Source of the DNA: a virus
Strand: one strand, 5' to 3'
DNA length: 64,000 nt
Virus record (IMG/VR): IMGVR_UViG_3300045988_171958
Location: 1-64,000 of that record
This document shows positions 16,915 through 25,898 of the stretch, piece by piece. Every line of letters starts with the position of its first letter. Within the stretch, counting starts at the first letter, position 1. The position numbers were made by a program, and so were the translations under genes. Under the pieces are notes generated by a model. That model did no database searches and had not been told where the DNA came from. It was given only the letters and a program-made list of their open reading frames with translations.

Positions 16915-19900
16915 ATGGCAAAAATATCAGATGAAGCAGTACGTAGAAGTAAAGGAGTAAATTTACCGGGAGGTATACCACAAAAGGACAATAATTCTAT
17001 TACTGGTGAATTGTCTTCAATTGTAAAAGAAGTATCTAAAGATATAATTAAGCACATTGATGAAGTTTATTCTGGGGTAGATCTGATATTTAATGGGTTA
17101 TTGGATCCAAGCCAATATAAGCTTTCCCAAAGTGATATGGCGTTAATGTCTTTTATATCTGGGGGTCAATCTATATCAAAAGATCAATCATATTCTTCTA
17201 GGCAAACAAATATTCAACAATTTGCTAAATCAATATCTGAAAATCTTAATAAGACTAATAAGATATTGACATCTGATGGCATGCAAGTTATTGTGACTAA
17301 TTTTAATGAACAGAAATTAAAAAAAGAAAAACCACAGAATGTAGAAGTAAAAGTACCTGAAATAAAACCTGTCATAAATATACCTGATTATAGTAAACAA
17401 TTAGATGTATTAAGATTTACAATAGAAAGATCAAGTAAAATTGCATCAGATAATATAATAAAGGTTTTAACTACTAAAAATGAAATAAAAGAAAAACCAC
17501 AGAATGTAGAAGTAAAAGTACCTGAAATAAAACCTGTCATAAATATACCTGATTATAGTAAACAATTAGATGTATTAAGATTTACAATAGAAAGATCAAG
17601 TAAAATTGCATCAGATAATATAATAAAGGTTTTAACTACTAAAAATGAAATAAAAGAAAAACCACAGAATGTAGAAGTAAAAGTACCTGAAATAAAACCT
17701 GTCATAAATATACCTGATTATAGTAAACAATTAGATGTATTAAGATTTACAATAGAAAAATCAAACAAAACTGCATCAGATAATATAATAAAGGTTTTAA
17801 ATAGCAATACCAATAATCAAACTAATCCTGTTGATTTAAATAATTTACAGATAAAGATAGATGACTTGAACTTATCTAAAGAGTCTAAAGATGTATTGAA
17901 AGATTTGTCAAATGCATTAAATAGTGTTGCTAAAGTAAAGTATGAAGTTAAAGATCAAAATATAGTACAATATCTTATAGGAATAGATAAAAGTATATCA
18001 AAAATAGATATAGATAATCTTAAGAAGAAAATATCTAAAGTCAATAAGTTGTTGACAAATGACTTTGCTGGTCTTTGTAAAGCCATAAATTCTGCATCTA
18101 TAAACTCTAAGAAAAATATGTCTCAGTTATCAAGTATAGTTGAACTGATGAACGGTATTCCTTCTATAGGAGAAATAGATAAGCAGAAAATGAAAACCCT
18201 GAAGAAAAATCTTCATTCTATATATTGGATGACATCAAAATCAAACATTCTTACAGGGCTTGGTATCACTTCTAAAGGTATCATATCTGCTATTATAGAG
18301 AATATAGTAGCTAGATCAAAAGAAGCCGGACAAGGCGGATTCAAATCAGTAGGTGCTTTAGCTAAATTTATAGAGTCATTAGTTTCTTTAGGAGAAGATA
18401 CAAATGTAGACAGAACCAAGATAATGAAGAGCCAAATGGCTCTTTGGTCACTTCTTAGAATATATGATGTAAAAGGTCCTATTGCTTATCTTACTTTACA
18501 AATAAAAGAACTTGGTGATAATATACTTAAGGACAATGTTGTTGGAAAGAACAATTCATCACTTAGTGCTATAGAAGATATGATAGAAGACATTAGTACT
18601 ATTGGGAATTATATAAAGTTTAAAGATGTTGTCTATAGCCAGTTGTTAGCAACTTATGCTTTAGGTTCTGCTTGGCTTTACATAGGTATTGTTAAGTCTC
18701 TTTCTAAGATAGATGACACTGAGCTCAAGAAACTGATAGGTGATAATGGAAAGCTTGCATTTGTCATGCAAGTTGTACAGAGACTTTCTGCTAATGAATC
18801 AACTTCTAAAGATATAAAGAGCGCTACAAAAACTTTGGTTCAACTTGTTATTATGATGAGTGTAGCAAACATGATATCTAAAGTAAGTAAAAATGGAATA
18901 GTTGGGATATCAGATGCTTTAGTTTTCTTAGATAAGCTTGACTTCTTAGGTCAAAAAATATTCACTATGCAAGATTCTGCTATCAATGATGAATCAGTTC
19001 CTAACATAATGAAGAATTGTGAAAATATGGTTCTTAGTTTAGGAAAGATTGCAGTTGTCAGTACTATAGCAGGAATGTTTGTTGATAAAGGAAAAGAAGG
19101 AGTGTCAAATATGAAGACTATGGTCACTCAACTTAAATATTTAGTCAACAACATAAATAATAAGAAGAATCCACTGATTGCTTCTAAAGATGATGTATCT
19201 AAGATAGAAAGTTGCCAGAAGATAGTAGAAAGTCTTACTAAATTATCAATATTAGCTGCTGTAGGAGGGTTGTTTGCTGTCAAAGGACAAGATGGAATAA
19301 GAGAATATAAGAAAGTAGTAACTAAGCTAAAGAGTTTGATAAAGAGAATTCAATCTGATGGTCTTGATATAAACCAAGAAGATTTGAAGAAAATAGACAA
19401 TATAGAGAAATTAATAGAAAAACTAACTATAGTGTCCATGCTTGGATCTGCAATGGGTATAACTGCACCTTTATCAATATTAGGATTTAAGTCTATGCAA
19501 TTATCTGCTGTAGCAGTAGGTAAGATGATAGATACTCTTGGTAAAATAGAAATAAATGATGATTTCTTTGATAAACTTAAAAATATAGGTATTGTTGTAG
19601 CTATAGCATCAGCAACAATGTTAGTTGGTGCAGTCATAGGAAAGATTGTTCTTCAGAGAATGCCTGAAATACTTGGATTTACATTTGCTTTAGGAACATT
19701 CATACTTGGTGTGATAGGAGCTTACAATCTTGCTACTAAAGGAATGGATGAAGCTTTGGAGCAAACTAAGAAAGTAGCTCTTTTAATATATATGTCAGGA
19801 GCTACTCTTTTGCTAGGAGCTGCTGTTATGATGATACCAGGTATCTTTACTAATGCTGTTCTTTTCACACTTTCTCTAGCAGCATTTATAGGTGCTGTTA

Positions 19901-22900
19901 CTTTTGCTTATACTCTAGCTAGTGAAAGAATAGAAAGAACTATAGAAATATCAGATTCATTTATAAAGTTAGTAGTGAAATCTGGTTTGATATTAGCTTT
20001 TGGTGCTGCAGTCAATGCATTCCTTCCTACTGGTAGTGTTCTTGGGTTTGCATTTTCATTAACTCTACTGATAACTGGTGTTATAGGTGCTTATACAATA
20101 GCTAGCAATATGATAGAAGAAACTATGTCATCAGCTGAAGAGTTTGCTTGGTTGATAGGTATAGCAGGATTGACATTACTTCTTCCTACTATATATATGA
20201 CAAAACATCCAGTTCTGTTTGCAACTGCATTACTGTTTGCTTTTGAACTTGGGGTATTCGTCTTCTTAATGAAGTTGGCATACTCTGGTGGAGATTTTGC
20301 AGCTAATTATATAGGTGCTAAGTTAGGTGTTGTTCAAAGCACTGACAAGGCTATAGATGATGCTAAGAATTTTGCAATTTTAGTAGGAATATCTGGAGCT
20401 ATACTTCTGTTAGGTGCTGCTATCATGAATATAGATGGAATGTTCTGGTCTGCTATAGGATTTACTCTTACTTTAAGTGCATTTTTGTTAGGAATATCTG
20501 CAGCTTACTGGGGAGCTAACAAAATGCTTGGTGGGCAAAAAGGAATGATGATAGCACATGAGTTTTCTAATTTAGTTGCATTGTCAGCAGCAACTCTATT
20601 GGTTGGTGGATTGTTTATGATGATACCTAATATGGCGGTTGCTACTGTATCATTTGCCGGAATATTAGGTGGTTTTGTAGCTGGAATAACATTAGCTTAT
20701 GGGTTTGCAGGAAAAATAATTAATGAGAAAACATTATTCTTAGGATATGCATTATCTGCTTTAGTATTAGTTTCTTCTATAGCATTGCTTACTGGTGGAA
20801 TGTTAATGATGAACTACCCAGACTTAGATATCAACATACTCAAGTTCTTAGGATTAGAATTTGTGTTAGTAGGTGGTACTGCTGTCATACTTGGTATACT
20901 AGGTGCTGTCAAAAGCAAGCTTAAGACAGGTGCTTTAGCATTGATAGGTGTTATTGCTTGTGTTGGACTTGCCGGATATGCAATGATGGAGATAGTGAAA
21001 CTTCGTGACAAAATAGGTGACGACTGGGGTGGAATCTGGGCTACTATAGGTACTACTGTAGCTGTACTATTCACATTTGCCGCTGGTGTAATAGGTCTTG
21101 GATATCTATCAGCTGGTACTGGTGGTTTAGGAGCTTTAGCTTTAGCAGCAGGTGAAGCTGCTTTAGCCGGAATCATTGGATGTGTCTTATTAGCTGGAAA
21201 AGCTATGCAAGAGATAATAAAAGTAATGGATATGGCTTCTAAGCTTGAAAGAGTTGACACTTCTATTATAACAGATGATATTAAAGCAATGTTATCTATA
21301 ATCTGGGAACTTAAGCCATTTATGAATCCATTGATTGATATGCTGATAGTTGCTGCAAGTGGAACTATTACTAGTTTAGGATATATGATGTCTAAACTAT
21401 CAGAAGGAATTCAAGACTATGCTAATCTCTCTATACCTATATATGGAGAAGGTGGAAAGATAGTTGGAAGAAGAAACTTGACAGATGCTGATTTTACAGA
21501 TGCTGCTGAAAATATAAAAACAATTATCACTATACTTGGTGGTACCATTCTTGATACATACAAAGAGAATCCTGATATATTCTCTAATGGAATGCTTGGT
21601 GACTTCTTAGGTATGGATACTCCATTTACTAGAGTAGTAAAGTCATGTACTGGAATGGGTAAGATGATTGATAATATAGCAGAAGGTGTCAAAGACATGG
21701 CTGATCTCAAGATAGCTATCTACAAAGGAACAGATAAAGTAGGATATAGAAGATTGACAGATGCTGACTTCAATTCTGCAGCGGCTAACATATCTACAAT
21801 TGTTACATGTTTAGGATATGCAATATTAGACTTATATGATAATGCTCCTGAAGGAATGTTTGATAGTGGATGGCTTGGAAATATGATAGGAGTAAAGACT
21901 CCATTTGGTCGTGTTGTAACTGGATGTACTGGTTTAGGAAAGATGATATCTAGTATAGCTAAAGGTGTGAAAGATGTAGCTGACTTGAGAATACCTATAT
22001 ATAGTAGTGATGGAAAGCAAAAAGGAACAAGACCACTTGATTTTAAAGATTTTATTAATGCGGCATTCAATACCCAACTCATAGTATCATGTCTTGGAAA
22101 CGCTATTATGTCTCTTGGAAGTAATCCTAAGACTGCTTGGATGTTTGAAGATCAGTCATTAATATTTAAAGATGGAACTTGTTCTAGATTTGCTCAAATA
22201 GTAACGGCATTAAAAGGAATTGGATCATTAATATCTGAAACTGCAAAGGGTGTGAAAGATGTAGCTTACTTGAGAATACAAAAGTATGACCCAAATGGAA
22301 AGCTTCTCAAAGGACAATATGAGAAAATACCAGTAGAATCATTGAGACCTAAAGGTGCTGTATACAAGAATGTTACTGCTTTGATGTCATGTATACCAGC
22401 AGCTGTCATGTCTATATATGATGCTCATAGTAAAGATTGGTTTGAAGATGCAGGATGGTTTTCTAATGATGGTAGTACTAGTCCATTCGCTAAGGTGAAG
22501 AACTGTTTAAGTGGACTTGACAAGCTTGTTGCTGCTAATGTAAAATCAATAAAGAGTATTCTTGAATTGAAGTTAGATCCTCTCAAAATGATTGAGCTTT
22601 CAAATATCATCACTGTAATGATTAGCTCAGTTCCTGATGCTGTAATGAAAGCAACAATGGATGAGAATCAAGAAGAACTTAAGCCATTCTTTGAAAATGC
22701 TGAAGACAACATTAAGAAAATATCTTCTAGCTATAGCTCTTACACTAAGCTTCTGAATAATATAGTATCTTCTTATAGTGACATACTTAAACTAAAATCT
22801 AAGTTTGGAAAGGAAGATGACATACATGAATTAAACAAAATAGTAGATGCTGTTCTAACACAACTTCCATTTAGCATGTCTAGAGCTATTCAGAAGATGC

Positions 22901-23754
22901 CTAATATTAAAGATGATGAGTTATCTTCTATACAAGAACAGTTTGATATATATACTGATATACTGAATGATGCCATCAAGTCTTATAAGAAGATAATTAA
23001 ATTCAAACAGAAGTTAGAGAAAGAGACTAAAGATAATGCCGCAAGCATAGTGATATCACTCTCTGACATACCTAAAGAGATGGTCAAAGGAATATCAGAG
23101 ACATTTGTCTACTTGAATACCAAAAATTTGTCTAAGAACATACTGATGTTTGGTCCTATGATGGAGGATTACTATAGTGGAATGAAGATGTTGTTTGATG
23201 TTTATGATGAGGCTCCAAAAGATACTTCTAAATATGATAATGTCATAAATGCAGTAAAGGGTATCAATGTAGAAATAAGTAAAGTAAAGAATACATCCCA
23301 GTTTAGAACAGAAACTCAAGATGTATCTAAGTTTACTAGATCTATAAATACTTTGGATGTGGCTAAAGCTCAAACAATGACTAATCTCATAACTGCATTA
23401 GACCAAATGGCAAGAAGATTAGGTGGTCTTGACAAATTAACAAATACTTTGGCAAATAAGTTAGCTGTTGTATTGGATAAGCTTGTAAGAGAACTTAAGA
23501 TATCTGCTAAGACTATAAATCAAGCTGATGAAATGCAGAAGAAACGTCATGCTGCTATAAAGGATTCTATTTCTAAGATAAGTACATTGTTAAATAAACC
23601 AGTAGAAGTAAATGTAAAGCAAGTACAGGATACAGAAAATTCAACTATGCAATATGGTGACACTTCTACTCCTGGACAAAACAGTGCTGAAAGAGATGAA
23701 ACCCCAGCAGGAGGTAATCCATTAAATAGTCAAACTCAACAATCTAAAGAATAA
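16915..23754 (+). CDS. Tape-measure-like giant protein (coiled-coil N-terminus, multi-TM core, repeated C-terminal modules)
   Basis: 2279 aa. It has 3 x 55-aa tandem repeats, about 20 hydrophobic G/A-rich helices (~19660-21200), and four ~95-aa modules of the form ..L.IPIY...GK..G.R.LTDADF..AA.NI (21420-22580). Confidence 0.6.
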   Translation: MAKISDEAVRRSKGVNLPGGIPQKDNNSITGELSSIVKEVSKDIIKHIDEVYSGVDLIFNGLLDPSQYKLSQSDMALMSFISGGQSISKDQSYSSRQTNIQQFAKSISENLNKTNKILTSDGMQVIVTNFNEQKLKKEKPQNVEVKVPEIKPVINIPDYSKQLDVLRFTIERSSKIASDNIIKVLTTKNEIKEKPQNVEVKVPEIKPVINIPDYSKQLDVLRFTIERSSKIASDNIIKVLTTKNEIKEKPQNVEVKVPEIKPVINIPDYSKQLDVLRFTIEKSNKTASDNIIKVLNSNTNNQTNPVDLNNLQIKIDDLNLSKESKDVLKDLSNALNSVAKVKYEVKDQNIVQYLIGIDKSISKIDIDNLKKKISKVNKLLTNDFAGLCKAINSASINSKKNMSQLSSIVELMNGIPSIGEIDKQKMKTLKKNLHSIYWMTSKSNILTGLGITSKGIISAIIENIVARSKEAGQGGFKSVGALAKFIESLVSLGEDTNVDRTKIMKSQMALWSLLRIYDVKGPIAYLTLQIKELGDNILKDNVVGKNNSSLSAIEDMIEDISTIGNYIKFKDVVYSQLLATYALGSAWLYIGIVKSLSKIDDTELKKLIGDNGKLAFVMQVVQRLSANESTSKDIKSATKTLVQLVIMMSVANMISKVSKNGIVGISDALVFLDKLDFLGQKIFTMQDSAINDESVPNIMKNCENMVLSLGKIAVVSTIAGMFVDKGKEGVSNMKTMVTQLKYLVNNINNKKNPLIASKDDVSKIESCQKIVESLTKLSILAAVGGLFAVKGQDGIREYKKVVTKLKSLIKRIQSDGLDINQEDLKKIDNIEKLIEKLTIVSMLGSAMGITAPLSILGFKSMQLSAVAVGKMIDTLGKIEINDDFFDKLKNIGIVVAIASATMLVGAVIGKIVLQRMPEILGFTFALGTFILGVIGAYNLATKGMDEALEQTKKVALLIYMSGATLLLGAAVMMIPGIFTNAVLFTLSLAAFIGAVTFAYTLASERIERTIEISDSFIKLVVKSGLILAFGAAVNAFLPTGSVLGFAFSLTLLITGVIGAYTIASNMIEETMSSAEEFAWLIGIAGLTLLLPTIYMTKHPVLFATALLFAFELGVFVFLMKLAYSGGDFAANYIGAKLGVVQSTDKAIDDAKNFAILVGISGAILLLGAAIMNIDGMFWSAIGFTLTLSAFLLGISAAYWGANKMLGGQKGMMIAHEFSNLVALSAATLLVGGLFMMIPNMAVATVSFAGILGGFVAGITLAYGFAGKIINEKTLFLGYALSALVLVSSIALLTGGMLMMNYPDLDINILKFLGLEFVLVGGTAVILGILGAVKSKLKTGALALIGVIACVGLAGYAMMEIVKLRDKIGDDWGGIWATIGTTVAVLFTFAAGVIGLGYLSAGTGGLGALALAAGEAALAGIIGCVLLAGKAMQEIIKVMDMASKLERVDTSIITDDIKAMLSIIWELKPFMNPLIDMLIVAASGTITSLGYMMSKLSEGIQDYANLSIPIYGEGGKIVGRRNLTDADFTDAAENIKTIITILGGTILDTYKENPDIFSNGMLGDFLGMDTPFTRVVKSCTGMGKMIDNIAEGVKDMADLKIAIYKGTDKVGYRRLTDADFNSAAANISTIVTCLGYAILDLYDNAPEGMFDSGWLGNMIGVKTPFGRVVTGCTGLGKMISSIAKGVKDVADLRIPIYSSDGKQKGTRPLDFKDFINAAFNTQLIVSCLGNAIMSLGSNPKTAWMFEDQSLIFKDGTCSRFAQIVTALKGIGSLISETAKGVKDVAYLRIQKYDPNGKLLKGQYEKIPVESLRPKGAVYKNVTALMSCIPAAVMSIYDAHSKDWFEDAGWFSNDGSTSPFAKVKNCLSGLDKLVAANVKSIKSILELKLDPLKMIELSNIITVMISSVPDAVMKATMDENQEELKPFFENAEDNIKKISSSYSSYTKLLNNIVSSYSDILKLKSKFGKEDDIHELNKIVDAVLTQLPFSMSRAIQKMPNIKDDELSSIQEQFDIYTDILNDAIKSYKKIIKFKQKLEKETKDNAASIVISLSDIPKEMVKGISETFVYLNTKNLSKNILMFGPMMEDYYSGMKMLFDVYDEAPKDTSKYDNVINAVKGINVEISKVKNTSQFRTETQDVSKFTRSINTLDVAKAQTMTNLITALDQMARRLGGLDKLTNTLANKLAVVLDKLVRELKISAKTINQADEMQKKRHAAIKDSISKISTLLNKPVEVNVKQVQDTENSTMQYGDTSTPGQNSAERDETPAGGNPLNSQTQQSKE
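17324..17818 (+). repeat. 165-bp tandem repeat x3 (55 aa each)
   Basis: ACCACAGAAT recurs at 17331, 17496 and 17661. Copies 1 and 2 look identical; copy 3 diverges near its end. Confidence 0.9.
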
Positions 23755-23776
23755 AAATATTCATATATTATAGAAT

Positions 23777-24628
23777 ATGTTTTCATTACCAGGAAAGAGA
23801 GATGGGTTCAGATTGATATTACCAGATGAATTCATTCCAGATGAGATACAAGAAAAATATACTAAGATATTGCAAGATTCACATAGTTTCATAACTAAAC
23901 CAATAGAATTCTTGAATGAGACAATACAGAAAGTAGAAGTACTTGGATTCTCATCTGGTACTGTAGCTCAACAGCAAACTAATCATGGAAATCCAGTAAG
24001 GCTTCCAGGAAGAACTGAACAAAATTGGATGCAAGGAGGTGCTAGTGATGTAAATTACAGAAGTGTTGCTAGTCCAGCAGCTTTAGTGGACCATACATTG
24101 AACATAGATTTCAGGCATACTTTAGGATATGTAAATTATTTCTTATTATTTGAAAGCTTTTGCTATCAATACTGTAGAGATACAGAAAATTTAGATAAGA
24201 ATCTTGACTACACCTTTAATGTTGATCTGTTAAATGAAAATGGATGTGTATATTCTAGAATTGTATTAGATCACCCAGTTATAGATGGAGTAGATATGCT
24301 GCAATTTGACTATACTCAACCATTAGCACAATCTGCTACATTCAGATGTGTATTCAAATATTCTAACTTTGACTATCAGTTCATTCAAACTGATGCTAAC
24401 AACAGATTTGAAGAAGAACAACCATTTGACAAACCTATAGAGGAAAGTGTAATCATTAAAAAGAAAGATGATACAGGGTTTAAGAATTACCCTTATTCTA
24501 AGGTATCAGTACATGGTAATACAACAGATAATCTTGATTTGAATCATGACCCAGAATTAAATGATGATTGTGGGCCATCTGATAATTCTAAAACTTATAT
24601 TGATTATGATGGTTCACCAATAAAATAA
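23777..24628 (+). CDS. Hypothetical protein (last gene of the long + strand virion module)
   Basis: 283-aa ORF. Confidence 0.75.
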   Translation: MFSLPGKRDGFRLILPDEFIPDEIQEKYTKILQDSHSFITKPIEFLNETIQKVEVLGFSSGTVAQQQTNHGNPVRLPGRTEQNWMQGGASDVNYRSVASPAALVDHTLNIDFRHTLGYVNYFLLFESFCYQYCRDTENLDKNLDYTFNVDLLNENGCVYSRIVLDHPVIDGVDMLQFDYTQPLAQSATFRCVFKYSNFDYQFIQTDANNRFEEEQPFDKPIEESVIIKKKDDTGFKNYPYSKVSVHGNTTDNLDLNHDPELNDDCGPSDNSKTYIDYDGSPIK

Positions 24629-24732
24629 CAGGGTTCCCCTGTTAAGCGCCTGGGTCACACAGGGAGCGGATAATTGTTTATAAGTATAATTTATAACCTA
24701 CTATATTATAAACGTTCCTGTGTGACTTTTTG
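24629..24732 (+). ncRNA. Conserved GC-rich structured 3'-UTR element, copy 2
   Basis: Starts immediately after stop TAA 24626-24628. Core AAGCGCCTGGGTCACACAGGGAGCGGA at 24644-24670. GTCACACAGGGA (24654-24665) pairs with TTCCTGTGTGAC (24715-24726), followed by TTTTTG. Inner hairpin GTTTATAA/TTATAAAC. Confidence 0.6.
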
Positions 24733-24743
24733 TTTAAATAGAA

Positions 24744-24780
24744 TTTGAAATTTTTAAAAATCATTTCTATAATATATTTG
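24744..24780 (+). promoter_or_regulatory. Extended Bacteroidota-type promoter
   Basis: TTTGAAAT at 24744-24751, N13, then TTCTATAATATATTTG at 24765-24780. Confidence 0.55.
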
Positions 24781-24802
24781 AACAATTTAAATAAGAAATA
24801 AC

Positions 24803-25174
24803 ATGAAACGTGAGGATCGAAAGAAGTTTGAAAACGTCAGTTTGTTTACATTTGATGAAATGTTGAATGGAAAATTAGATAGATGGGAATCTTGCACATT
24901 GAATGGAAGAAACAGTCCAGCATTAGTATATTCTTTAGTAATTGATATGTTCAGATATATTGGAGATACAAGACCTGAAGAACAATTGCTTAATGAATGT
25001 AAAACCGATAGAGATTGGTTCCAGAAACATACTTGGACTACAATTCAACATAACAAATGGAGAGAAGAACATCTTATCCCTGTAATTATGAAAAGAATGA
25101 GATTGCCAAAGTATCGTGCAGAACGAGAGAGTTCTTGGTTTATGTTGCAGTGGTCATTCAAAATTGAAGACTAA
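24803..25174 (+). CDS. Hypothetical protein
   Basis: 123-aa ORF. Confidence 0.7.
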   Translation: MKREDRKKFENVSLFTFDEMLNGKLDRWESCTLNGRNSPALVYSLVIDMFRYIGDTRPEEQLLNECKTDRDWFQKHTWTTIQHNKWREEHLIPVIMKRMRLPKYRAERESSWFMLQWSFKIED

Positions 25175-25195
25175 GATTAAATTAACATTTTTTAA

Positions 25196-25227
25196 TTTGA
25201 AATTCATGAAATCAATTTATATATTTG
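25196..25227 (+). promoter_or_regulatory. Bacteroidota-type promoter (TTTGAAAT ... TATATTTG)
   Basis: TTTGAAAT at 25196-25203. TATATTTG at 25220-25227 matches the -7 consensus TAnnTTTG. Confidence 0.55.
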
Positions 25228-25265
25228 CACATTTTTATTTATAAGTAAATATGTAAATTGATTTC

Positions 25266-25880
25266 ATGAATGTTTTTATAGGAATTGATCCATCAATCAA
25301 CAGTACTGGTATGGCAATAAGAACTGATACTGGCTACTGTAGATTTTTCATAATAAAAGGAGATAAGCTTACAAAGAAAGAAAAGAATGCTCAATTAGAT
25401 AATTCTGAAATTTTTGAATACTGTTTATATCAAAAAGAAAATGTAAAAGATACAAACAATGCACATGAACGTGAACTAGCGAAAGCTCACAACTTGTCAA
25501 CTATAGCTGATACAATATATAATATCATAGAAGAACTATTACAGCAATTCAGAAAAACCAGTTCTATTGATTCAGTAACAATATGTATGGAAGGCATATC
25601 TTATGGTTCCATTCATAGTGCTGCAGTAATGGATCTTGCTGGATTGAACTATCTGATAAGAGACAGATTGCATCATCATACGGTTGTTGGTACTCTTCTT
25701 GTAACACCACCTGCAGAAATAAAGAGATTTTATACTGGGTCTGGCAATGCAAATAAGGGCTTAATGATTTCAACATTCAAAGGTTCATTTCCTGATTTTG
25801 AATTACCAAAGATAGACGATATTTGTGACAGTGAGGCAATGGCAAAATATGCAAGAAATTGGTTTGAAAAGAATCAGTAA
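25266..25880 (+). CDS. RuvC-like Holliday junction resolvase
   Basis: FIGIDPSINSTGMAI, ICMEGISYGS and DDICDSEAMAKYA give the RuvC-fold acidic residues. Confidence 0.65.
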   Translation: MNVFIGIDPSINSTGMAIRTDTGYCRFFIIKGDKLTKKEKNAQLDNSEIFEYCLYQKENVKDTNNAHERELAKAHNLSTIADTIYNIIEELLQQFRKTSSIDSVTICMEGISYGSIHSAAVMDLAGLNYLIRDRLHHHTVVGTLLVTPPAEIKRFYTGSGNANKGLMISTFKGSFPDFELPKIDDICDSEAMAKYARNWFEKNQ

Positions 25881-25898
25881 TGTTTCTATCTTAATAAC

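Noticed and set aside
1295-23373. Many 60-150-aa ORFs in the track nested in or antisense to the giant genes, such as 1295..1576, 3679..3951, 9804..10130, 11669..12010, 20814..21260 and 21720..22082.
   Set aside because: They overlap long, coherent ORFs, have low-complexity or odd composition, and lack promoters or their own intergenic space. Such ORFs are expected by chance in AT-rich DNA.
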